From NCBI GenBank assembly GCA_963920595.1, contig OY986948.1, forward strand, positions 4,898,001-4,962,000: a stretch of 64,000 bases of DNA, read 5' to 3'. Every line of letters begins with the position of its first letter. Positions within the stretch are counted from its first letter, which is position 1. The notes beneath the pieces were generated by a model. That model had not been told where the DNA came from, ran no database searches, and saw nothing but the letters and a program-made list of their open reading frames with translations. Both the position numbers and the translations under genes were made by a program. The stretch comes from Eimeria praecox (lineage: Eukaryota). Below are positions 1 through 11,100 of this stretch, one piece after another.

Positions 1-324
1 TCCGCAGGGCACCGAGCTCAGTCCCCTCTGCAGCCTGCATCCTGAGTGCTTGTCAAAACACGGGATGGGATGGTTCCTTGGTGATGATCATATTGAAGAC
101 AGTTCAGAATTCAAGGACCCTTCAGTATTGAGTTGCAGTGCTGCTGCTGTCCCTCCATAAGTGAGCTGTTACTTTGGTCCTGACCAGAAGAGTGGTTCCT
201 GTCAAGCGCAATCGATTTTGAGGCTGACCAGCAAAATAGGCTGGTGTTATGTATCATTTTAATATTTGCTGAGGGTAAACAACCTTTTTATACTGGCTTG
301 CGTAGACAGGCTGATTTCGTGGAG

Positions 325-663
325 ATGCGCATTGCTCGGCGGCTCTTTTCCGTTCTCGCTCTGCTGGTCGCAACTGTTAACACAGCAAAAGGCTCGACTC
401 ACGCACCGGGCCAATTTAGTTTCGACCACCAAAGCATTTTCCATCCTGATGGGGAACCACCACAAAATAACGGTACAGTGGGCTTCATTAGGAGCCGTCG
501 GCGCAGCACATCCGTGCTTGCGATGCATGCCATTTTGGCCGCGACAGCAGCTGTTCTTCTGCTTATCATGCATTGCATCAAGTCGATTACCTCTACAAAA
601 TCAAGGGAAGACGGCAGGCTAGTGACAAGGAGACTTGCTGAAGGGGGCAACGACCCCTGCGCT
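325..663 (+). CDS. Exon 1 of a putative secreted/membrane protein: signal peptide, RSRRRS, TM helix, RRLAEGG..C (coccidian hypothetical-protein-like architecture)
   Basis: ATG at 325 in the frame of ORF 244-690 gives MRIARRLFSVLALLVATVNTAKG (basic N-region plus hydrophobic core), later RSRRRS, a hydrophobic stretch VLAMHAILAATAAVLLLIMHCI, and RRLAEGGNDPCA. A consensus GTAAGT splice donor follows immediately at 664-669 (phase 0). The family resemblance is from memory, not a search. Confidence 0.7.
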
Positions 664-777
664 GTAAGTCCTGTGATGTGGCTTCGATAAACGGCCACTT
701 CGCTTTATGTATGCAAATAGCACCGTTCCCAAGAATGTTCTTACTGATGTTCTTGCTGTGTGCCTTTCCACTACCAG
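664..777 (+). other. Predicted 114-nt spliceosomal intron
   Basis: GTAAGT donor at 664; branch-like TACTGAT at ~742; pyrimidine-rich tract (tgcctttccacta) ending in CAG at 775-777. Confidence 0.5.
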
Positions 778-813
778 TACATCGCGGGAGAGTCAAAAGC
801 ACATGGAAAATGA
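778..813 (+). CDS. Predicted short terminal exon 2 (YIAGESKAHGK*), giving a ~124-aa protein
   Basis: In-frame continuation after the CAG acceptor at 777 to TGA at 811-813. An alternative downstream acceptor cannot be excluded. Confidence 0.4.
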   Translation, partial: YIAGESKAHGK

Positions 814-2568
814 CATATCTACGCATGGGTGGTGGGAAACTGCTACTAGTTCCAGATTACACAGAGACCTACATTGTACGAGCTGGTACGAGCTAGAAAT
901 GAAGGTGTTTCTGCTGCCCAAGGGGGCAACAGTAACAGTGTTTATCAAGAGGGAACGGGGATACCCAGCCAGTGCGTTCCGGAGCCACTGTCCTGATCGA
1001 AAAAATGGTTGTGCTCTGGAAACTGGACGGAAAAAATATGAGTGGGGAGGATGGGGACGATTTAGAGCATATGATGGGATGGTGGCAAGTGGTGTGGTGA
1101 GTCGTGCACCCTCCATAACTCGCACGATTGCCTGCAGCCCCCGTGTCGAATATCTGACAGTATCAGCGTCAGCGGTGGGATTTGGAGCCTTGATGATTTG
1201 GGAGAGCAATTGTAGACAACGTAGGAGCATACTCAACGGAGGCGTGAATTTAGGACTTGCACTGCTGTGACTGGTTTCAAACTGTGCAGAAGGTTAAATG
1301 TAAATATGCTAGCTGTGGGATGATGGAGCTTGTTGTGGAATTTTGCGAGGTTATTGAGGGTTTTAGTCCTAGCTTTTTGTAGCTAAAGGGAAGACGAAGT
1401 TTTTTTGCATACTGCGTGTTGAAAAGCGTCGTCTTCGGCTTCGAGGCAAAATCATTTGTATAAATCTCTCAGAGAGCCACAAGTCCAGTGGGGGTTGAAT
1501 ACGGATCCGCCATGGAAAAGTGGAGTGCGCCCCCAAAAGAGGAGCGGCCCTCAAGATGAATGCATGGTATGACGTGAATGACTTTTGCAGAGAAGAGAGT
1601 CCTGCAGACGGAGGCCAGAAATGTTGCTTTTACAGGGAAGGCCCGCTCGAGTGCCACATGCCCTACCCTCTGCTTTATACTACTTTTATTGCTCTTCCTG
1701 TCTTGATGCTGCATCCATACTGGGAAGGCGTACCTAGCGAGGGCTCTCGTCGTAGCTCTCTAATACGCGGTCCAAGCTGGTGTATCTGGCGTTGTCTGTT
1801 CGCTAATTGCGCCTGCGTTCAACGTGCACGCACATCGTTGGCACGCACTTGGCCTCTAATGTTATGAATGGCTTATACTACCTTGCAAAGTGGGAATAAG
1901 CGTTCCAGGGATGCAAGAACGTATTCGTAACAATTCGCCTACCTCTCAAGAAGCCAGCGCTTAAGATAGCCAGTTGGTAGAGGAGTTTCGCAGGCCGACA
2001 AGCAACATCAGGGGCAGCTTCAGCAGAGAGGTGCAGGCTAGGCATATCTGCAAAACTTCGGTGCACCACACGATGGCAGATCAAGGCGTTCTTCTAAGAA
2101 AAATGCTTTTAACGTTGCTCAGGAGTAGAACTTACAATAAGAATATGCTTACTAGGAAGCTTTTCGCTTTACGTGAAACGGATTTGTTCTGAGTGTGCAT
2201 ACTTCGTACGCAAGCTTAAAACTGTTGTAGGCATGAGCGAAGCAATCAAAGAAGCTCCAAGACGCCGGTAGAGCCACAAAAGCGCTATCGGGGTTTGCCG
2301 GTAGCATGGATGTGGGGTCGAATCCTGCGCGCTGGTTAGATGCTGGTAACGCCTCAGGGAAGCACAGAGGGCAGGGAGTAAAGCTATACCCTGTCCGAGT
2401 TATGGCGTCTCGGTGCTGACTTGAAGGGACAGGTTAGATGTAAGCGGTGAATGAAGTGGATTTGCCTACTCAGGCCCGGTTTAGCTATGCTGCGTACACG
2501 TTTCTGCATGCATTCAAGATATTATTGGTCGTTTTCGGTTCCCAAGTCTAAAGAGCAACGGCAGAGCG

Positions 2569-5500
2569 CACACCTTGCTGAGGGGAGTGATGCCTGTTTT
2601 CACGCCGTTACGTGCGAGAAAATGATTTAGCTGTTAAACAGGGGCACCACTCGCAGGAGAAGCCAGGGTGCTGTACAGGATGTGGGTTTGTATTTATGTG
2701 GAGCTGTTCGTGCTCAGTTCTGTTCATTGCAGCGTAGGACGTATGAGGGGGGAACATGCTGTGCCTCACCGTCTGAATAGTGCGTTCTCGTGGTTTCAAG
2801 CAGCTGATGTAAATGTTTTCGTTCGTCAGCTGACACACCTGTGCGTTGGTGCGGACAAACCGAGGTCAGTTTGAAGCGTTGAAGCTTCATCTCATAGGAT
2901 TTTGGTGCCTCAGCGTTCACGGTCGGTCAACTTGGGCGGCGCCGTTGCACTACCATACACTCTGCGAGGCACAACCAAGGTGCACAATTACCTCTTGGAG
3001 TAGGGAAGCGCCTCTGTGGACGGTTTGTACAGCGAGATTCGAATTGGCATTATCATGTTGAGCGCTAGTTCGCAAGTAGGATGTTGAACAGCACCTAGGT
3101 TTACCGACTGGGCAGCTGGACGGCCTTTCTCCGGATTGCTAATCAAAGTTGAATTATTGACGTACCTACTTTCATTTGCAGCTGGGTGCTCAACATTTCG
3201 TGCTTTCAGCTGCTGGTAGTTGCTGATGTTGCAGACAGTGTGTTCCATCTGGAAAATCTTCAGAACTGTCTGCACTTCTCCGCACTTAGGGGCCTTTGGC
3301 ACTTGCTGGTATTACGAGGAGCGTAATCGATATTCTGCAGTCCGAGGTGAATCAAATACCAGTAGATGGTAACGGTGTAACTCGTTGGCTGCTCCGTAGG
3401 GCCACTGGTGTTTGACATAGGGGATGAGAAATTGCCTTGGCTGGTAGTATGAACTCCTGCGCCGCTAACACGTGTGGGCTAGTTTCCCAGAAGACCATAC
3501 CGCTACTCCAAATTCCCCATCATTTGGAGAATCCGAAATTTATGGTTCGCACGAAGGTTACATCAACGAAGTCATTGTATTCCTCCCCTTAGCGCATGGC
3601 ATAGATGGAACATCTTATTTATTGCACGCAGTCGGCAGCTGAGCCGAGTCCCCTTCGCCATTCTTTCAGCATGCTGCAATTTGCTTACTGCAGGTTTATG
3701 CGTTGACACAACATAATTTTTTCGTTAAGGGCTGGCTTAGGTGAATATGGAAAGCTTTGCTACAGGGATATGATATTGCCGATTTCGCATCACCAATTGC
3801 GAATAACAACGGTGGAGAACACACCTTGCTGAGGGGAGTGATGCCTGGTTTCACGCCGTTACGTGCGAGAAAATGATTTAGCTGTTAAATAGGGGCACCA
3901 CTCACAGGAGAAGCCAGGGTGCTGTACAGGATGTGGGTTTGTATTTATGTGGAGCTGTTCGTGCTCAGTTCTGTTCATTGCAGCGTAGGACGTATGAGGG
4001 GGGAACATGCTGTGCCTCACCGTCTGAATAGTGCGTTCTCGTGGTTTCAAGCAGCTGATGTAAATGTTTTCGTTCGTCAGCTGACACACCTGTGCGTTGG
4101 TGCGGACAAACCGAGGTCAGTTTGAAGCGTTGAAGCTTCATCTCATAGGATTTTGGTGCCTCAGCGTTCACGGTCGGTCAACTTGGGCGGCGCCGTTGCA
4201 CTACCATACACTCTGCGAGGCACAAGCAAGATGCACAATTACTTCTTGGAGTAGGGAAGCGCCTCTGTGGACGGTTTGTACAGCGAGATTCGAATTGGCA
4301 TTATCATGTTGAGCGCTAGTTCGCAAGTAGGATGTTGAACAGCACCTAGGTTTACCGACTGGGCAGCTGGACGGCCTTTCTCCGGATTGCTAATCAAAGT
4401 TGAATTATTGACGTACCTACTTTCATTTGCAGCTGGGTGCTCAACATTTCGTGCTTTCAGCTGCTGGTAGTTGCCGATGTTGCAGACAGTGTGTTCCATC
4501 TGGAAAATCTTCAGAACTGTCTGCACTTCTCCGCACTTAGGGGCCTTTGGCACTTGCTGGTATTACGAGGAGCGTAATCGATATTCTGCAGTCCGAGGTG
4601 AATCAAATACCAGTAGATGGTAACGGTGTAACTCGTTGGCTGCTCCGTAGGGCCACTGGTGTTTGACATAGGGGATGAGAAATTGCCTTGGCTGGTAGTA
4701 TGAACTCCTGCGCCGCTAACACGTGTGGGCTAGTTTCCCAGAAGACCATACCGCTACTCCAAATTCCCCATCATTTGGAGAATCCGAAATTTATGGTTCG
4801 CACGAAGGTTACGTCAACGAAGTCATTGTATTCCTCCCCTTAGCGCATGGCATAGATGGAACATCTTATTTATTGCACGCAGTCGGCAGCTGAGCAGAGT
4901 CCCCTTCGCCATTCTTTCAGCATGCTGCAATTTGCTTACTGCAGGTTTATGCGTTGACACAACATAATTTTTTCGTTAAGGGCTGGCTTAGGTGAATATG
5001 GAAAGCTTTGCTACAGGGATATGATATTGCCGATTTCGCATCACCAATTGCGAATAACAACGGTGGAGAACACACCTTGCTGAGGGGAGTGATGCCTGGT
5101 TTCACGCCGTTACGTGCGAGAAAATGATTTAGCTGTTAAATAGGGGCACCACTCGCAGGAGAAGCCAGGGTGCTGTACAGGATGTGGGTTTGTATTTATG
5201 TGGAGCTGTTCGTGCTCAGTTCTGTTCATTGCAGCGTAGGACGTATGAGGGGGGAACATGCTGTGCCTCACCGTCTGAATAGTGCGTTCTCGTGGTTTCA
5301 AGCAGCTGATGTAAATGTTTTCGTTCGTCAGCTGACACACCTGTGCGTTGGTGCGGACAAACCGAGGTCAGTTTGAAGCGTTGAAGCTTCATCTCATAGG
5401 ATTTTGGTGCCTCAGCGTTCACGGTCGGTCAACTTGGGCGGCGCCGTTGCACTACCATACACTCTGCGAGGCACAACCAAGGTGCACAATTACTTCTTGG

Positions 5501-7084
5501 AGTAGGGAAGCGCCTCTGTGGACGGTTTGTACAGCGAGATTCGAATTGGCATTATCATGTTGAGCGCTAGTTCGCAAGTAGGATGTTGAACAGCACCTAG
5601 GTTTACCGACTGGGCAGCTGGACGGCCTTTCTCCGGATTGCTAATCAAAGTTGAATTATTGACGTACCTACTTTCATTTGCAGCTGGGTGCTCAACATTT
5701 CGTGCTTTCAGCTGCTGGTAGTTGCTGATGTTGCAGACAGTGTGTTCCATCTGGAAAATCTTCAGAACTGTCTGCACTTCTCCGCACTTAGGGGCCTTTG
5801 GCACTTGCTGGTATTACGAGGAGCGTAATCGATATTCTGCAGTCCGAGGTGAATCAAATACCAGTAGATGGTAACGGTGTAACTCGTTGGCTGCTCCGTA
5901 GGGCCACTGGTGTTTGACATAGGGGATGAGAAATTGCCTTGGCTGGTAGTATGAACTCCTGCGCCGCTAACACGTGTGGGCTAGTTTCCCAGAAGACCAT
6001 ACCGCTACTCCAAATTCCCCATCATTTGGAGAATCCGAAATTTATGGTTCGCACGAAGGTTACATCAACGAAGTCATTGTATTCCTCCCCTTAGCGCATG
6101 GCATAGATGGAACATCTTATTTATTGCACGCAGTCGGCAGCTGAGCCGAGTCCCCTTCGCCATTCTTTCAGCATGCTGCAATTTGCTTACTGCAGGTTTA
6201 TGCGTTGACACAACATAATTTTTTCGTTAAGGGCTGGCTTAGGTGAATATGGAAAGCTTTGCTACAGGGATATGATATTGCCGATTTCGCATCACCAATT
6301 GCGAATAACAACGGTGGAGAACACACCTTGCTGAGGGGAGTGATGCCTGGTTTCACGCCGTTACGTGCGAGAAAATGATTTAGCTGTTAAATAGGGGCAC
6401 CACTCGCAGGAGAAGCCAGGGTGCTGTACAGGATGTGGGTTTGTATTTATGTGGAGCTGTTCGTGCTCAGTTCTGTTCATTGCAGCGTAGGACGTATGAG
6501 GGGGGAACATGCTGTGCCTCACCGTCTGAATAGTGCGTTCTCGTGGTTTCAAGCAGCTGATGTAAATGTTTTCGTTCGTCAGCTGACACACCTGTGCGTT
6601 GGTGCGGACAAACCGAGGTCAGTTTGAAGCGTTGAAGCTTCATCTCATAGGATTTTGGTGCCTCAGCGTTCACGGTCGGTCAACTTGGGCGGCGCCGTTG
6701 CACTACCATACACTCTGCGATTCACAACCAAGGTGCACAATTACTTCTTGGAGTAGGGAAGCGCCTCTGTGGACGGTTTGTACAGCGAGATTCGAATTGG
6801 CATTATCATGTTGAGCGCTAGTTCGCAAGTAGGATGTTGAACAGCACCTAGGTTTACCGACTGGGCAGCTGGACGGCCTTTCTCCGGATTGCTAATCAAA
6901 GTTGAATTATTGACGTACCTACTTTCATTTGCAGCTGGGTGCTCAACATTTCGTGCTTTCAGCTGCTGGTAGTTGCTGATGTTGCAGCCAGTGTGTTCCA
7001 TCTGAAAAATCTTCAGAACTGTCTGCACTTCTTCGCACTTAGGGGCTTTTGGCACTTGCTGGTATTACGAGCAGCCTAATCGAT
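2569..7084. repeat. Tandem array of a 1251-bp unit, ~3.6 copies (starts 2569, 3820, 5071, 6322)
   Basis: cacaccttgctgaggggagtgatgcc recurs every 1251 bp; ORF-track entries repeat at 2608/3859/5110/6361; only scattered SNPs; copy 4 stops after ...gcctaatcgat near 7084. Confidence 0.97.
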
Positions 7085-8100
7085 GTCATATAGTTTGATG
7101 CGCACCACAAGCAGACAGTGAGGAAACGAAGGCACTAGGAAATTGGTCCATGGGGCCGCTGGTGCTTGGTCAAGGGGCGTCGAGGCGACCACGGGTATTA
7201 TTAGCCGCATCTACAGTCAATCGTGGGTGGTAAGGTAGCAGGGAATGGCCTTGCAGCTAGAACACATGCCGGGACATGCCGGAAACAGAGAATAAGAGCG
7301 GGGCTCACTGCACTTCCAGTCAGTAGAGTTGTTGCGTGTCTCGCCGCATTGCCTGGTGCAGACTGTGCGTCTAGGGATTTAATGCATGCAGCATGCAGAC
7401 ACATGCTGCATACCGTATTTTTTGACCCTCTTGAAGCATGCAGCTATGCGTTTGCCGTCCGCGGTTAAGGGCGTGAGTTCGCCACCTTTGACCCAGTGGT
7501 GTCAGACGAAATTAGTTTATGGTCTTCGATGCTTTGAACTCAGTTCCGTTCTATCTTTCCAGTTGGCGCGCCTTCTTGAAGCAGCTTGTGCTGGGCAGTT
7601 GTACTACGCCACGCGTCTTCGGCTATTGAGAGGGTCGTGGACTGGAATCTCATCGCATCAATCTGTAAAGAAGAAGGAGTGTGCCGGATGGCCACCTGCT
7701 TGCTAGATAAGCACCCTACCGATGCAGCTGGTAAGCATGCGGGCTGTATCTGCCTGTTTGCACGTCAGGAACTAATAGCTGCAGTTAGCAGCGGGTAGGG
7801 CAGTGAACAGTGTTGAAAGTGAAACTGTTGAATTGTGCATGGCTACAGTTTAGGCAACAAGCTTTGGAGAGGTGCGGGAAAGTTCGAAGCATCGCCGTGC
7901 GTGCTCTAGATTCTAGATTTGGGCACAAAGCTGCCGTGGGGTGACTTGACCCCACGCCAACTCCACTTGAGGCATACACACTACACCTAAACACCACAGA
8001 AGGTACGTGCGCACATATTGGGTGCATGAGAGGTCATTGCGTACAGCGCGGTGGGACTCAGTTGGTCCATCGTGGGCAAAAGGATAGTTAGGCCACTGAG

Positions 8101-11100
8101 ACAAGGTTCGAGCGAAGGCAAGGAGACTTTTGTCGCAGCAGTCGCGACTTGGGGGCAGAGACTTGGGCATCCAGACCACAGAGAGACGTTCATCGTTTGT
8201 AGTTCACGGTAGCTAACGATGATGCTTCGCCTTTGGGCTTATCCTGGCTAACTGTGGATGAATACCTCTTTCTTGTGACAGTTCTATGCACAGATGTGTG
8301 AATAGGCTAATCAGTTGTGTAACAGGAGAGGCGATGTGTCACATCTCACATCCAGTTGCATACAACACAGAAGGTGGGCTGAACGATTGGCTGAACCAGC
8401 ATCGACCTATCGAGAAGTGCTGGTTGCAGTTTGTCTAACTGTGCACGCGGGTCTGAGCACACGGGCTTTCGCTTTGAGGGCAACTGGATTTGTTTGGTTT
8501 CTGCGAACAGACCAAGAGAGGGCTCTGTGAGTTGTAAGGGCTGTAAGAGAATAAGCCTGCGAGAGCACGGTTGTGGGGGCAAACTGCGCGAACCACCCCA
8601 TTGTGCAGATTACTTTGATTCAGACGGGCTGGGCCATTGCAGTGCAGTATTGGCACTGGCATGCAGTCTAATACGTTTCTGATGAGTCTGGTGCTTGTGC
8701 GATGTCGACAGTCTCATTGAACATGCTAAGACTCCCGGCGATGCTCAAATACCGCCGAGCATCCACCTCACCACTTCTGTCGGTGCGCAGGAATCCCCTT
8801 ACACAACGATGCTCTAAACGCGAACCTCGCAACTGCTCAGGGAGTAGGTTTGTGGCACCAGTCGTTTCATACAGGTGAGCTGAACTGCATTTGCATGTAT
8901 AGGCGGCGGTAGTGGCGGCATATGATCAGGAGCCTTCGAACATGCTTCGACGTCTTCTGGATTCGCTTGATCTAGACAGTATGTCTGCATATTGCAGAAA
9001 CAGGCCGAAAACGAGAGCAAGGATCTACGGCAACGGATCTAGCAACCGCGCGTTAGTTAAGCCTAACTGTCCGCACTTTCACGGGACCGGAGCGGCGGCA
9101 TTGGGAAGGGCAGACTGACACTGCACTCATACTCTACATTTCTTTAAAGGACAGGGACACGTGCACTGTGACGAGTGGACCTGCACACAACCCTGACACA
9201 CTAAACCTGTAGAATGCACTTTGCAGAATTACTGCCGGGCAGCAGGCACGTGCTCCGTGCCCATATGTCTGCGAATGGCAACTTATGTATATGCTTTTGG
9301 GCATTCCGTTGGGCTTTGTCTAAATTTAAATAGCACAGTGCTCTGCTGTAAATGTGCGAGAACCCTTGGGACATACTCATTGCAACTAAGCCCGCATGAG
9401 CACAGTTGACTAGAGGAATTTGCCGCACTATCACAGCTGCCACCATGCCGGTGGAAAAAGCATGGGTAACTGATAACAAATAACGTAGGTGGTGAGTGCG
9501 CATTGGGTGGCGTGCACTCCGACGATGAAAAAAACGTTTACACAAATGGGCTGATGATACAGCTGATGAATTCACTTAGACACGGTCTGCTTGAAACTCG
9601 GACAGCATTGACTTTGCCAAGCAGTGTCGCATAGAAACTTGGCATGCAGTGTGTCATATGAACGAGCAAGCGCGACTGCGGTGACACACAGCAAACTAGA
9701 TGCCGCTATGTGGTGCTGCTACAGTCAAAATGTTCGTTCATTGTTTCATACAAATCCAGCACCATGTGGAGGACTCTGCTTCAAGTTATAAGAGTGTTTC
9801 TACGGCATTCCTGCTTTGCGGCAAAGAAAGTATGTCTAACGGCCACGTCCTTGGTTGTTGATGTGGGCAGTGCTGGCCAGGTGGTATTTCCGGTAACGCG
9901 CTTGCAAGGAGGCTACGGCAATGGTTTGCATGGCAACGCTGCCTTACTTCGGCTGGCGGCGCAGGCAGTGAGTTTTGCCAGCTTACACTTTCCCCATTGA
10001 AGGAAGCTAATGCTCCGAGGAACAGATGCGTTGAACGGAGCTTTGATATGAAAGGTATCTGGCGGTTATGGATGCTGCACTGACGTCGCGCAGCTTGTAA
10101 GCATTTAAAAGCGCGCACGGCCATGAAAGAGACGCATTCTAGTTGAATGATAGGGGCGGTTTATTTATGTTTCGGCAGCCGGAAATGCTCGTGGCCGGTG
10201 CTGCAAGGGATACTCCAGTTAGAGTGTTTAGCCTTATATGCAGGTATTTGTATATATTTCGCATAGAGTGGAACAAGCTGCCTACGGCGGAACGATTGGA
10301 AGGCACGCATGCTTCCCGGAAGAGGCTGGGAGCAGAGCCCAGAATGCCAGCTGGGTTTGGCCGTACAAACGTGGGGCTTCTCCAGACCGCCACGGAACCG
10401 CCTGGTGGGGCTGCAGCAAGTCTCACATGCCCCGTTATTTGTGAGGCAATGGTAAACTGCTGTACCGCAGTAGGGAAGCAGATCTAATGCGCTCACAAAT
10501 CCGGTGTCTGGGATGCATGACACTTAGGCTGTAGGTTTTCAGCAATCGGCACGAGTGTGCTACACTGATAGCACACGCAGGCCAACTGATTCAATTTGCA
10601 CATCGCTGGCAGTGGTGTGGGGTAAACGATTTGAGCCAGTATCCCCTGTTGCTTGTTCTAGTGCTCAGTGTGATTATTTTCGGTAGGTATCTTATGGAAG
10701 GGCACATTTGATACCTGCCACACGGCTACAGTACAGAAGGCGCTTCCTACTTAACGCCCAAGCAGAACTCTTGGGTCGGTTTAGCATGCGAAGGTGAGCT
10801 GCACGCCAAGCCAAAGCGGTGTCTGTGCAAGTTCGGTTTTATGGCGAAGCAAGTGCGCTTGAAGGCCAGACGAGTGCTGGAGAGGACAATCTCTCCAAAA
10901 TGCTCAGAAATGCACGAGCCAGCAGGTTACTAGGGTGCACTGCATAGACGTGCTGCCTGACTTCTGGTGCCTGACTGAGCAGAAGGTGCGTTTGGTCAGC
11001 GTGCAATTTGCGCAGTAACAAGAATTAATTTTCCCAGTCATGGGCGCCTTAAACCCAGTTTTATAGACGGTGTATCGGGTAGGTGGTTGCGGGCGCTGCA

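Noticed and set aside
707..1270. 187-aa ORF downstream of exon 1
   Set aside because: Begins in the predicted intron, is out of frame with the predicted splice and has no recognisable motif. It could at most be a frameshifted remnant of a longer exon 2.
2290..2340. ggggtcgaatcc resembling a tRNA T-loop/B-box
   Set aside because: Lacks the TTC consensus, and no cloverleaf or A-box could be built.
2988..3302. 104-aa minus-strand ORF kept in all four 1251-bp copies
   Set aside because: Non-ATG start, no recognisable domain; retention is expected from near-identity of the copies.
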